A stretch of DNA of 64,000 bases from Eledone cirrhosa. Taxonomy: Eukaryota. The stretch lies in the NCBI GenBank assembly GCA_964016885.1, contig OZ024740.1:398970001-399034000 (forward strand), given 5' to 3'. The position numbers were made by a program, and so were the translations under genes. Shown here in pieces: positions 29,592 through 41,659 of this stretch. Numbering within the stretch: the first letter of the stretch is position 1; every line of letters starts with the position of its first letter. The notes below the pieces were generated by a model. The model made no database searches, was not told where the DNA came from, and saw nothing but the letters and a program-made list of their open reading frames with translations.

Positions 29592-29880
29592 GCGGTCGAT
29601 GTGTGAGACTGTTGACCACTACATCTTGGCTAGTCAGTATGAACTCTCCAATTGCTTTGGTTGACTCCGGGAGCAGGCTATTTATCAATATTGCTTCCTT
29701 TGTCTCCTGGATTCGAAAATAAGCAGACGTTCGTTTGATATGTCAAAATCTCAGACTAATTGGCAACTCGGAAGCAGATTTACAATAGAAACTTATCTAT
29801 GAGGCCACCAAGGTCAGCTTCATGGTGGCCACTTGATAGTGTAGAAGAAACTCTATTGAGGAGAGTATCAAATTACTGCT

Positions 29881-29882
<2 letters not shown>

Positions 29883-29968
<86 letters not shown>
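29883..29968. repeat. (GT)n microsatellite
   Basis: Direct inspection. Confidence 0.95.
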
Positions 29969-29969
<1 letters not shown>

Positions 29970-30383
29970 TGTGTACGTGTGTACGTGTGTGTGTTTATAA
30001 GTGCCGTTATTTTAATTAAGGGTGATATTTAAGAAATACATTAGCTCAAGGTTACTGTTGATTATAATTTTTTTATTGCTGTTCTTTTGATTAGAGTTTT
30101 CCTAAATTTATTTAATCTAAGTTCATTAACGCGAGTGATTGTGGCTACTCCGTCGTCTCAACATAACCCGATGTTGGGGCCATTAATGTTTTCTTTCAGA
30201 ACGTCTAGTATACATAAGCCGACAAGATCCCACATACCCATCGTGTCGTACGACCCCAAACTCATATCGAAAGTGTTGAATCATTTTAAAAAATACTTTC
30301 ACTACGTTGTTATTGTTTCAATGTCGTGAGTTTCTTTCATAGTTTTGTCGTTAAGTTTTTTCAGATTTTATTTTTTTGCTAAT

Positions 30384-30575
30384 GAGGACGGTGGATTGGC
30401 AGTATCAGTAGTGTCGGACACCATGCTTTGCAACATAGAGTTACGGCCCTCTACGGTCTGAGTTCAAATCCCGCCGAGGTTAACTTTGCCTTTCATCCTC
30501 CCGGGGTCGATAAAATAAAGTACCAGTAATACACTGGAATAATTGCTGGCCTTGTGCCAAAAGTAGAAACAATTA
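30384..30575 (+). mobile_element. tRNA-derived SINE (octopus OR/OK-like)
   Basis: A box TGGCAGTATCAG, B box GAGTTCAAATCC, conserved central domain, tail ccttgtgccaaaagtagaaacaatta. Confidence 0.85.
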
Positions 30576-30639
30576 ACTACAATTAGATTGGACACCAGAT
30601 GGGTTCCACAACCTGGGCACCAATACTAGGAAAATATTA

Positions 30640-31630
30640 GCCATAACTGGTAGCTTAAACATCAACAATAACACTAACAGAATCTATGTTAAATGAAAGG
30701 AGAGTCTCATGCATAAGGTCATTCCAAATGGCTTTTGAGAGTTATATCGTATTACTGAGACAGCATCTATTGAACAGGGGTAAATGAATATATTACACGT
30801 GCATTTTGCAGTGAAAACAACATTTTGAGAGAAGATGAAGAACTGTGAGTGTGCAAGTGTTCCAAGTGATCCAAGGTTAGTTAGACTAACCCATTTAAAC
30901 ATAAACCTGAAGGACAGACGCTCATCATGCCAGCAGAAAGTCATGATTCGACACCAAAGGGTAGCCTTTTCTCGGATCTGTGATAGATACATCATCACAT
31001 CTCACGTAGAAGGGAACACTTTCGCTATTCAGGAACAAGAGACAACTAGCTGATCAATTAGAGAGCAAGGATACCTCAAAACGTCCAGGCTGTGATAGAA
31101 CATGTCGATTGAGCCATATTAGTGTGGAAGATATCACTCAAACCATCAGCAACTATCCGAAATTGTCTGCAATGCACTGCGAAAATTATTTACAACGATA
31201 TCTGCAGAAAAGATTGCTCTAATGGTCATTACACCAGAATCAGAAACAGAATGTAACCACGCCTTTAAACGTTAAGGACTACTGGTGGAACATTCCAATA
31301 AAAGCAACAATCCGGTGCAAACACAATAGACTTGTTGTAGTTCTACGAGATAGAGAAAACAAAAACATGCACTGTTGTTGAAGCCAGCTGCCCAACAAAT
31401 GTAAATGTGTCGTCTAGGGTTGTGGAAAAGGGGGAAAACATCTATGTTGAGTAATGCGGAATATACAGGTCTTGTAGCGTGACTATAACATTTCCTTTGT
31501 ACCTATTTTCATAGGTAGACTTTGCTTGGTAACTACATATTTGCATAAAAGCCTGGAATTACGCCCCCCAACACACACAAAAAGAAAACAAGCTGATTCA
31601 CTCACATATTTACAAATCCTAGAAATGTTT
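30640..31630 (+). mobile_element. Decayed R4/Dong-clade (RLE-endonuclease) LINE 3' fragment
   Basis: Translates in pieces to ITSHVEGNTFAIQEQE, WWNIPIK...CKHNR, TCTVVEASCP; similar to the 33354-33680 ORF. Confidence 0.7.
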
Positions 31631-31702
31631 GACTATATAAAAATGTTTTGTTGCTTTATTTGTGACCGGCTTCAATTCTGATAAAGAACTTGAATAGATC
31701 TC

Positions 31703-31786
<84 letters not shown>

Positions 31787-31919
31787 CCGACCGACCGAGC
31801 TTGCATCTTTATCCCTTTGGGGCACCAGGTATTCCGTTGGTATTTCATGTTCCTAGACAAAAGCATTACCTTCAAAGTAGGAGTATGTATGTATGTATGT
31901 ATGTATGTATGTATGTATG

Positions 31920-33117
31920 CATGATCCCATTGTGGTTGAAAATGGTGTTAAGCAAGGAGACATTCCGGCGCCGACTCTATTTGCGTTGTACTTTTCTATC
32001 GTTTTCTTGTTGGCTTTTGAAGGTTGCTCCCGTGGGATCTACATTAGATATCGAAAAACAGGTAAAAGGTTCAATGTCAGAAGGTTTGCTGCCAGAACGA
32101 AGATATTTACGTCGCTGATAGGCCAATTCCTGTATAGTGACGGCTGTGATCTTGTCGCTCATTCCGAGAGTGACATGCAACATCTTATGGATTTTTTTTC
32201 GAAAGCATGCAGTGCATTGGGCCTTACAATCAGTCTGAAATAATATTACCATTAGAAAAGTGTATAATGCTTGTGTTTTGTCTTCTTTATTGTATGCATC
32301 TGAGACTTGGGTCACTTACCAAAGGCACCGCAAAAGCTGGAGCATTTTCACTAACAGTTTCTTCGACATATACAGGGCATCCGCTGGAAGATGTACGTGA
32401 TTGACACTGAAGCCCTCGAACACAGTAGGTCTACCAGTATAGAGTCTCTCATATTTCAACATCGATTAAGATGGATTGGTCATGTAGAGAGAACGGATGA
32501 TGATTGCATGCCTGGGCAGTTCTTGTATGGTGAGCTGGTCGAAGGTAAACGACTGGTGCACAAAGCAAAATTGAGGTACAGGATTGCATTAAAAGCACAC
32601 CGAGGGAGATGAAAATATCAGAGAATGACTGGGTAAACCTCACTCTAGATCGACTTTCCTGGAGGAAGGCAGTGCATTATGGGAAGTGAGAATATGAAAG
32701 AAACCGTGTTGAGCATGAACAGCGCAAGCGGTGTGCTCGTAAGGGCCTTGGGTTTGATTTGTCTAAGTTTCTTGGCATGCAGGTTGATTTAACCTGTAAA
32801 GAATGTGACCGGTTATGTCTCAGTAGGGCGGACGTTGGAACTCATCAGAGAAGCCACGTACACGGGAATACTGTCAATTGTGCATTGTATGACATTTCTG
32901 TGTGGAAAAGAGTGTGCCTCAGTTGGTGGACTGAAATGTCATTTGAAAGTGCACCAAAACAAGACTGTAACACCTATTGCGAGAGGTCCCCATTGTTGCA
33001 ACGTTTGTGCAAGAGTGTGTAAATCCCTAGCACGACTAAAAAGCCATATCTGTATTGCTCATGCTTAGGTATCAAGTGATAGCATTACTGGAAATCGAGT
33101 TGCAGTCGTCATCATGT
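31920..33117 (+). mobile_element. 5'-truncated RTE/BovB-like LINE (diverged), bounded by (TATG)n
   Basis: [20 protein letters not shown]...YGEL, three C2H2-like fingers; internal deletion near 32240. Confidence 0.85.
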
Positions 33118-33127
33118 ATGTATGTAT

Positions 33128-33680
33128 GTTCTTCTGGTTTTATAATTTCACAAAGTTTTACCAACAGAGAGAGAGTCGGTTTCTAACATAGACACAAGAC
33201 TCTCTCATTGGAATTTACACAACATCAACTAGGTAGATTATGTATGTATGCATGTGTAGATATGGATGTTATTGTATGTGTGGATGTGTATGTTTTGAGT
33301 TGTATGTGTGCATGTGTATATGCTTTGTATCTGTACATGTGTAAATGCAGTTATTAGATGCAAAATTTTTGGAATGTTTTACATATTTTTACTGTTCCAT
33401 TAATGGATTGTACTTGTAGTTTCCTAACTAGTTGTGTTCTTTCTGGTCCTGTGAAGCCTAGCTTCTCAAGATTTGTATTGAGGCAGTTACTAACATATCC
33501 CAGTGCCCCAATAATCACAGGCATAAATCTGAAGGTGTAATCAGGGTGGAGTATCTGCAGATTTCTCATCAGTTCTGCATAAATATTCTCCTTTTTACTA
33601 ATCTTTGATATTATATTGGCATCTGCTGGGCAGCTAGTTTCCACTACTGTGCATGTTTTCTTTTCCCTGTCCCATATCCT
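33128..33680 (-). mobile_element. R4/Dong-clade LINE 3' end (REL endonuclease C-terminus + 3' UTR) in (CATA)n
   Basis: IWDREKKTCTVVETSCP...KENIYAEL...PVIIGALG; 3' end ...ACCAGAAGAA followed by (CATA)n. Confidence 0.8.
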
Positions 33681-34071
33681 TATATGTATGTATGTGTGTA
33701 TGTATGTATGTATGTATGTATGTATGTATGTATGTATGTATGTATGTATGTATGTATGTATGTTTGCATACGTAAATAACATCGTTATTGCCCTAATATG
33801 TGTATATGCATGTATGCATGTATGTATACGTAGATAAGATCGTTATTGCCCTAATATGTGTATATGTATGTATGTGTATGCATGTTTGTATGTACGTATG
33901 TATGTAGGTAGGTATTAGGTATACATGTATGTGTGCATATGTATGTATAGGTGTGTATGTATGCATGTATGAGTGTGCGTGTATTTATATGCATGTGAGT
34001 GAGTCTACATGCATATATGCTCCCATATATGCATGTGCGTATCTTCTTGCATACTAACTGCCAACCTGATA

Positions 34072-34306
34072 TAATAACTGCATTTACACATGTACAGATA
34101 CAAAGCATACACACATGCACACATACAACTCAAAACATCCACATCTACACATACAATAACATCCATACCTACACATGCATACATACATATCTACCTAGTT
34201 GATGTGTAAATTCCAATGAGAGAGTCTTGTGTCTATGTTAGAAACCGACTCTCTCTCTCTATTGGCAAACATTTGTGAAGTTATAAAACCTGAAGAACAT
34301 ACATAC
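34072..34306 (+). mobile_element. Second copy of the same R4/Dong 3' UTR in opposite orientation
   Basis: Nearly reverse complement of 33128-33355; ends ...cctgaagaacatacatac. Confidence 0.8.
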
Positions 34307-34426
34307 GTGACTATCTGGTTCATGTCTAAATTCAACTTGATAGTTTGTTTCTATTTTGGACACAGACCCTTCTCTATTGGAGAAACTGAAATAATATAAA
34401 TAAGAAAGAGATCATCCATCCATCTA

Positions 34427-34468
<42 letters not shown>

Positions 34469-34665
34469 GATAAATCTACCAAGAGTTTACGGTAGTGTCC
34501 AATCCGTATGAAGAACTCAATGTAATCCGGATATCATGGAAAGAAGAGATGCAATGAAAAATCACTTTCGGTGAAAGATAAACGGAATACAGAGTCAAGA
34601 TAAAATATTAAAAAAATAATGAATAAAACAATGAAACAGTTCCTTATATTAAACAAAAAAAAGTT

Positions 34666-34814
34666 CATTATTTAACGATCGTTTCTAGGATATATATGTG
34701 TTAGAATTGGCATGCATATTCAACAGATCTATGTACAAAATTATACAAAATTATACAAACTATCAAAATTAAATATACATACCAACACATATATATGCCG
34801 TCTTCAGAAATAAT
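34666..34814 (-). ncRNA. Hammerhead ribozyme, mirror copy
   Basis: Reverse complement of 34816-34964. Confidence 0.7.
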
Positions 34815-34964
34815 CATTATTTCTGAAGACGGCATATATATGTGTTGGTATGTATATTTAATTTTGATAGTTTGTATAATTTTGTATAATTTTGTACATA
34901 GATCTGTTGAATATGCATGCCAATTCTAACACATATATATCCTAGAAACGATCGTTAAATAATG
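34815..34964 (+). ncRNA. Type-I hammerhead with a greatly extended stem II; GUU site at 34954-34956
   Basis: CATTATTT-CTGAAGA-cggcATATATATGTGTT...AACACATATATATccta-GAAA-CGATCG-TT-AAATAATG; 8-bp stem I; base of stem II mismatched. Confidence 0.75.
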
Positions 34965-35022
34965 AACTTTTTTTGTTTAATATAAGGAACTGTTTCATTG
35001 TTTTATTCATTATTTTTTTAAT

Positions 35023-35097
<75 letters not shown>

Positions 35098-35136
35098 TTA
35101 TAATTGCTGGCCTTGTGCCTAAAATAGAAACAATTA

Positions 35137-35443
35137 TCTATAAAAGGCAGATTGTTGTTGTTATGTGTGTGTGTGTGTGTGCATGTTCCATGTTTATACA
35201 TTTGGACAATTTCAAACCAATTCGACTCAAAGTCTGTAAGAATGTTGTAAATGGTCTAACTTAGGTCGACGACTATTTATTTCATTTAAACTCACCCACA
35301 GTTATGGAAATAATCGATGAAACTAAATACATGACGCTTTACCCCTCTAATACAATCAGATTTTCTCTCTCTACTCCCCTTAAAATTCGATAAAACTACA
35401 TACATGCTGCAACTTTCTCTTATATACGATTAAACCTACAAAC

Positions 35444-35523
<80 letters not shown>

Positions 35524-36119
35524 TTTGTTTTTGAGTGTGGAACGGTCAAACATTTATTTATTTACTTCAATGACAAAGAGAACTTATTACATTTCATACG
35601 AAACAACAATTATTCAAAAGCAACAGATAAATTTATTCAACAACAAAAAAAGTAGCGGTAAATCTTTTTAAAAACATCTATCAACGAACGTAGAAGAAAG
35701 ACGTATCAGTTCATTTACTATACACAATAATATCCTCTATGAGGTCACTAAACCTGCTAGAAACAGCAGCTAACTCTCCCCCATATCACACCCCTCCCTA
35801 CTGTCTTAAATTTAGAAAACACACATTAGACAACCACGCAGAACAATTCCATCGCAGCTCTGTTGTTCGGCTGGCATCGTCTACGCGCGTGTTGCGCAAG
35901 TACTGTGAAACAATAAATTTCAACACTTCTTTCCACAGAGATAATATCCGTAGGCGAAACTACAATTGTCACTGCTGGCGCAGCTCCTGCTTCGGCAGTC
36001 CAGGTCTGCAATTCATTCACCCAGTGCCTGGCAGACAAAAAAGTGCTGCCATAAAATGGGTGGTGCAACCTAATTTTGGTAACTTACTGACCCCGAGCAA
36101 CGCCGGGCTTTAATGCTAG
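35137..36119 (+). mobile_element. Non-autonomous Helitron containing a (GA)n tract
   Basis: A|TCTATAAAAGGCAG 5' end; 3' hairpin CCCGAGCAACGCCGGG then CTAG|T. Confidence 0.75.
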
Positions 36120-36151
<32 letters not shown>

Positions 36152-36329
36152 CAATACATTAACAGAGAAAGCCTTAAGCGATACTCTGACCAACTCCATC
36201 TCACTCAACAAACATTAGGATATAAGTATTTTCCCAATTTAGTGTTTGGGGGGCTAACTAATCTGTATTTCGTGGATAGCTGGTTGTATTATTTTATATG
36301 AGACATTATTAAATAAATATCTCTTTCCT

Positions 36330-36453
36330 TCCAGACGGCCGTTTCGTTATAAGATTTCTACAATTTGGGATAAATAATTTCCAGGTTATGTCGAAACTTG
36401 TATACAATCCATAGTTTTATACACAAGCGGGCTCTTATAAACTCATTAGTGGA
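36330..36453 (-). ncRNA. Hammerhead with a G5A core mutation and a long stem II loop; GUC site
   Basis: Minus strand TCCA-CTAATGA-GTTTATAAGA...TCTTATAAC-GAAA-CGGCCG-TC-TGGA; inside an element bounded by (TA)n at 36150-36585. Confidence 0.65.
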
Positions 36454-36731
36454 TGCCCAAATAATATTGATATAAGAATTATATCGACATTAATAGATTA
36501 GTGATGGTCTCCCTCAGCGCTAAGAAGAGACCGGTCGATTCGAAAATCCAGCAGTCCTCCCAAAGATAAAATACACGCTGTCCCATATATATATATATAT
36601 ATATGAACACACTGATCTTGCAGTCGGTCATGACGACCAAACTACTTATTTCAGTTTAGCACTTATTTTTATCGGTCTTTAGTTGTCGAGCTGCTAACAA
36701 ACCCATCTATACAAACATACAAACCTCCCCC

Positions 36732-36764
<33 letters not shown>

Positions 36765-36765
36765 C

Positions 36766-39700
36766 ACATGATGGCTGCCCCCCTCGTTATCGAGTATGGC
36801 CATTGCACGAGAAAAAAAAATATATATACATATATATATATATACATATATATTAATAACAATAATAATAATAATAACAACAATAATAATAACGACAACA
36901 ACAACAATAATAATATACATATACATATATATATACACACACGCACACACACAAACATACCTATACACACACACGATAGCAACTAACAGCGCTGCGATCG
37001 AATGTGGCTTTTTAGCCCAGCCAATGATCTAAAATGTTTTGCACAGAGTCGGCAACCAAAATATTCACTGGGAATAGCCGGCTGTGGTTGGAGTTCATGT
37101 ACTTTTGCATGTCGCTTGAGCCCTCCTGCTGATTTACATTCTCTACCACATGCTTGGCAAGCATGATGAGTAGCATCTCCAACAGCAGCCTGGTAGTCAA
37201 CCACTGGTCTTACTTTATGACTGCGAAGATGACTTTCGAGTCCAGCTTTGCTGAGGCAGAGTCTCGCACAGACGCTACATGTCAGCATCATAGGAGGACC
37301 CTCTCCGTCTGGAAGTGCAACAGCAATGCCCTTCCTCACATCCCGCTTTACTTTCTCGTATGCGATTCGAGATGCCCCAAAGGCAACTTTTGCCTCATAT
37401 ACAGTCTTTCTCCATTTATTACGATCAGCAGCAATATTCTCCCATGTATCAGCAGAGATGTTAGCGTCTTTCAAAGAGGCTTTCAAGGAATCCTTATACC
37501 TCTTTTTTGGTTTATGTGGCGGTCGTTTTCCTTTAACCAACTCTCCATAAAAGAGTTGTTTTGGTATTCTAGAATCCTTCATCCTGGCAAGGTGACCACT
37601 CCAACGGAGTCGTCCCTTAAGCACAAGAGCTTCTATACTGTCACACAGAGCTTTCCAAAATCTCGATATCACTGATGTGGTCCCTCCAGTGAACGCCATC
37701 GATCCGTCTGTGACACATCTGATGGAAACGCTCTAATTGCTTAAGGTGGTGTCGATATGTGACCCAGGTCTCGCAGGCATAAAGAAGAGAAGAAAGCACA
37801 CATGCCTTGTACACCTTTACCTTTGTCTTCTTGCATATGTCTCGCCCACCCCAGAGTCGCCTTTCTAGCTTTCCGAAAGCATCACTTGCTTTCCTAATCC
37901 TAAGTGAGATTTCACTATCAAGGTTGCTGTATCGATTGACAGTGCTTCCCAGGTAGACAAACTGATCAACCACTCCAAGTCGTTTACCATACACATAGAT
38001 ATTTGGTTCACTGTACTGCTTACCAGGGGCAGGTTGGTAAATGACGACGGTTTTCTTGAGACTGACAATCAATCCTAGGGCAGTGCAAGCGTCAGAAAAT
38101 GCATTCAAAATGTGCTGCATATCACTCTCTGTGTGCGCTACAAGATCGCAATCATCTGCATACAAGAGGTCTCTTATGATTGATGTAAATACTTTTGTCT
38201 TTGCAGCAAAGCGCCTGATGTTAAATATGCTGCATGAGGTTCGATATCGGATGTAAACACCATGCTCGCAATTCCTGAATGCAATACAGAAAACCATTGT
38301 AAAGTATATGGCAAACAGGGTCGGTGCTGGAATATCCCCTGTTTCACTCCATTTTTTACTGAGATAGGCTCCGACATGTTACCTCCGACATTAACCCAAG
38401 CCTTCATGTCGTCATGGAAAGACCTAACTAAAGCAAGGAACTTATCAGGGCAACCAAGTTTCTGGAGAACCTTCCATAATGCATTTCTGTTAACAGTATC
38501 GAAAGCTTTTGTCAGATCGACAAAAACCTGATACATATCCAAACCCTATTCCATACACTTCTCCTGGAGCTGTCTAGCTGAGAAGATCATATCAGTAGTG
38601 CCGCGTCCAGCACGAAAACCAGATTGACTTTCAGGAAGAACACAATCTGCAATGTGTGTCAGCAGACGGTCCAGAAGCACCCTACATAAAACTTTCCCTA
38701 CGACAGAAAGCAATGATATACCTCTGTAGTTCCCACAATCATCCCTGTTACCCTTTCCCTTGTACAAGACCAGCATTACTGCATCTCTCCAGTCCTCAGG
38801 TACGGATTCATTAGCCCATATCCTGCCAAATAAAGAGTTTCATCTGCGAAAGACTCCGCCTAACACGTGATTTTACATCCTTGAGTTCCTCATGCAACGT
38901 ATTCCTCTCGTGTGGTTTTGCCGTCAAGTAGCGTGACAGAGCACGCCTCTTATCAGCCAACAAGTCTTCTATATGTACATCATTCTCATTAAACCAGTCC
39001 TGATGTTTTCTCTGCACCAATCCCAGAACACGCCTGCCTACATCATAAACCGACTTTTTAAGGGTCGGCCAATCCTCACCAAGATCTGCAGCCTGCATCT
39101 CTTCTTCCAATGTCCTCTTCACATTTTGCGCGTACCAGGCGGTGGTCCGTCCAGCACTCAGCTCCACGAAGAGCACGAACACATTGCACATCCTGTCTGT
39201 CACGCATCCTGACTAGGACGTAGTCCAAAAGATGCCATTCCTTAGATGCAGGATGCATCCATGTGGTCTTGAATTTGTTCTTTTGTTGGAACATGGTGTT
39301 GGTAACACACAGATCCAGCTCCTCACACATCTGCAGCAGGAGCATACCATTGTTGTTACACTTTCCCACCCCATGCCTTCCGATTACATTCCATGTGTTA
39401 ACATCCTTACCCACTCTAGCATTAAAGTCACCAAGCACGATGACTTTGTCTGCCTGAGGGATATTTCTTAAAACATCTTTCAAGGCATGGTAAAAGGACA
39501 GTTTTTCTTCATCGACAGAATTCATAGTTGGAGCATAGACACTCACCAGGGTCGCATATCTTCCTTTGTCCAGCGGAAGTCTCATGGACATAAGACGCTC
39601 ACTAATCCCTACTGGGAATTCTTCTAATTTATTCACAAGAACAGTCTTAACAGCAAATCCTACCTCAGCCTCTCTTCTGGTTCCTTCATCTCTTCCCTTC

Positions 39701-39930
39701 CAGAAGAATGTATATTCTCCACAAAATTCTGTAAGATGACCATCTCCAGCTAACCTCGTCTCAGATAAAGCCACGATGTCAAGATCGTAACGTTGAAGCT
39801 CCTTTGCAACAATAGCGGTCCTTCGTTCAGGACGCTCCAAGGAATCCCTGTCAAGAAGCGTCCGTACGTTCCAGCAGCCAAGACTAAATGCTTTGAAAAA
39901 GTCAAGACTAAATGCTTTGTTTGGCTCTAT
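36766..39930 (-). mobile_element. Near full-length RTE/BovB-like LINE (APE-RT, three C-terminal C2H2 fingers), frameshifted with an internal deletion
   Basis: CWNVRTL...SETR, VYAPT, LGDFNARVG, LDYVL...TDH; [33 protein letters not shown]; 3' UTR broken by microsatellites and ending ...gcagccatcat. Confidence 0.92.
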
Positions 39931-40140
39931 TACAATGGCACGATGACGAGCGGGCCCAGGCTGTGATAACCTGGGGCCCCTGCCCTTATTGCCAATTATC
40001 TTTTTTGTTCCAGAATCTAAATTGCCAATTATCTCTTTTATATTGTTCTGGAACATCATTGAATAGGGGAAAAAAAAAAAAAAGTAATAATAATAGTAAC
40101 AATAATAATAATAATAATACGCTATTAATAATTATTAATG

Positions 40141-40738
40141 ATTTCTTTATTGGCCACAAGGGCTGACATCAAGAAAAAACATTACAGACGGCACAGGACG
40201 GTACGATGTGGGTTTTGTGTGTGTAAATATTTTTATTATTTATATAAGAAAAGAAGAAAAAAAAAGGACATAGAAACATATATATATATATAAACAATAA
40301 AAATGAAAATTGAAACAATGAAAAATTCCCCAATAGGGGGGAAACCTCCGAGGGTTACTCGTGGCGAAAACCACACAAAAGACCACGGCCACCCTGACCA
40401 CCAGGGCAAGCGCCTTCTCTCAATTTTTCCATCTCTCAAACTACAGACGTATATTCAACAAACTTGCTAGAAGGTACCACTTGCCTCTCCACCCTGATTT
40501 TCCTCTTCAAGTGAAACTTGAAAAAGTTAATTAGGGATTCGCCGAAGAAGAAAGTGTCTGTCTTTAACCCTTTTAACCTTGTCCACCACACAATCTCTTT
40601 CGCCATGGCCACCAGGCAAATGAAAACCGCCTGCCCTTCCTCCTCGAAGGAAGACGGCGAGACCATCTGCACAATGGACTCAGTCGACAACTGGATCAGT
40701 CCTACACGCGACAGCAACTGGTGATTTTGGATGGCCAT
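40141..40738 (-). mobile_element. Tx1/L1-like LINE 3' end in (TAA)n
   Basis: ORF2-like C-terminus VAMAKEIVWWTR...FKFHLKRKIRVER; 3' end CCCTTGTGGCCAATAAAGAAAT. Confidence 0.65.
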
Positions 40739-40744
40739 TGACTC

Positions 40745-40917
40745 TTAAGAGCTCCTTTGCCCTTTTACAGGTTTTGTTTTTAGTCCTGCAGGATGTCCAA
40801 AGTCACCCTCCTAACCAAGAAACCTTGGTGGGGTTGCCAGTTTAGTCGCCAACGACCCGACCATGGGACAGGTTGTACTGGGATACATGTTACCAGTAGC
40901 ACCAAGTGGTGACCTGA
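40745..40917 (-). mobile_element. Probable RTE 5' UTR fragment starting at a (TATG)n tract
   Basis: GGCGACTAAACTGGCAACCCC motif resembles RTE 5' UTRs; a partial HDV-like fold is possible. Confidence 0.35.
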
Positions 40918-40929
40918 CATACATACATA

Positions 40930-40975
40930 TATGATGGCTGTCCCCTCGTTATCGAGTATGGCCATTGCACGAGGA
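40930..40975 (-). mobile_element. Isolated RTE 3' terminus
   Basis: Nearly identical to 36766-36812 (ctcgtgcaatggccatactcgataacgagggg..agccatcat). Confidence 0.75.
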
Positions 40976-41091
40976 GAAAAAAAAAAAAATAAATAAAAAA
41001 GAAAATAAATACATACATACATACATATACATACGCACATATATATAATGTCCCCAAAAATGTATACACACTTTAACTACATTCTAATAAG

Positions 41092-41659
41092 GCATAGGTT
41101 AAGTTTAACGTCCGAGATAATGAAAGTAGATTTTCTGACAAGTGAATGTGTTTTTTTTTTTTTTTTACAGTGACAGTTACGATACAGTTTGTTTATTTAC
41201 AACAGGTCTCTATAGTGATATGGTGTTAATTAGTATTGCGTGTATGATTATTTTTTCTTTTTCTTTTTTTGTGTATTGTGTGTACGGAAAATGACATTGT
41301 GTGTTGAAAGAAAGACATTTTTTAAAAATAACTACATAGTTAGACGTTTGTTGCATATAACATATAAATTGACGTACCTTATCAACATCCTTATTAGACC
41401 GTATAAATAGCTAGTTATTTTTAAAAAATTTCTTTCTTTCAACACACAATGTCATTTTCCGTACATACAATACACAAAAAAAGAAAAAGAAAAAATAATC
41501 ACACACGCAATACTAATTAACACCATATCACTATAGAGACCTGTTGTAAATAAACAAACTGTATCGTAACTGTCACTGTAAAAAAAACAAACAAACAAAC
41601 ACATTCACTTGTCAGAAAATCTACTTTCATTATCTCGGACGTTAAACTTAACCTATGCC
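41092..41659. mobile_element. Long inverted repeat (~245-bp arms, ~75-bp spacer); MITE/foldback-like
   Basis: ggcataggttaag...aaaaataacta mirrored by tagttattttt...aacctatgcc; mariner-like TIR remnant tgtccccaaaaatgtatacacacttt at about 41049-41074. Confidence 0.75.

Larger units (their letters stand above)
34465..35022. mobile_element. Hammerhead-bearing palindromic element (arms ~205 bp, 1-nt centre at 34815) with a 3' tail on the left, in (TA)n
   Basis: About 34607-34814 mirrored by 34816-35022. Confidence 0.85.

Noticed and set aside
30384-30480. tRNA gene suggested by A and B boxes
   Set aside because: No cloverleaf, and it continues into a multi-copy SINE body.
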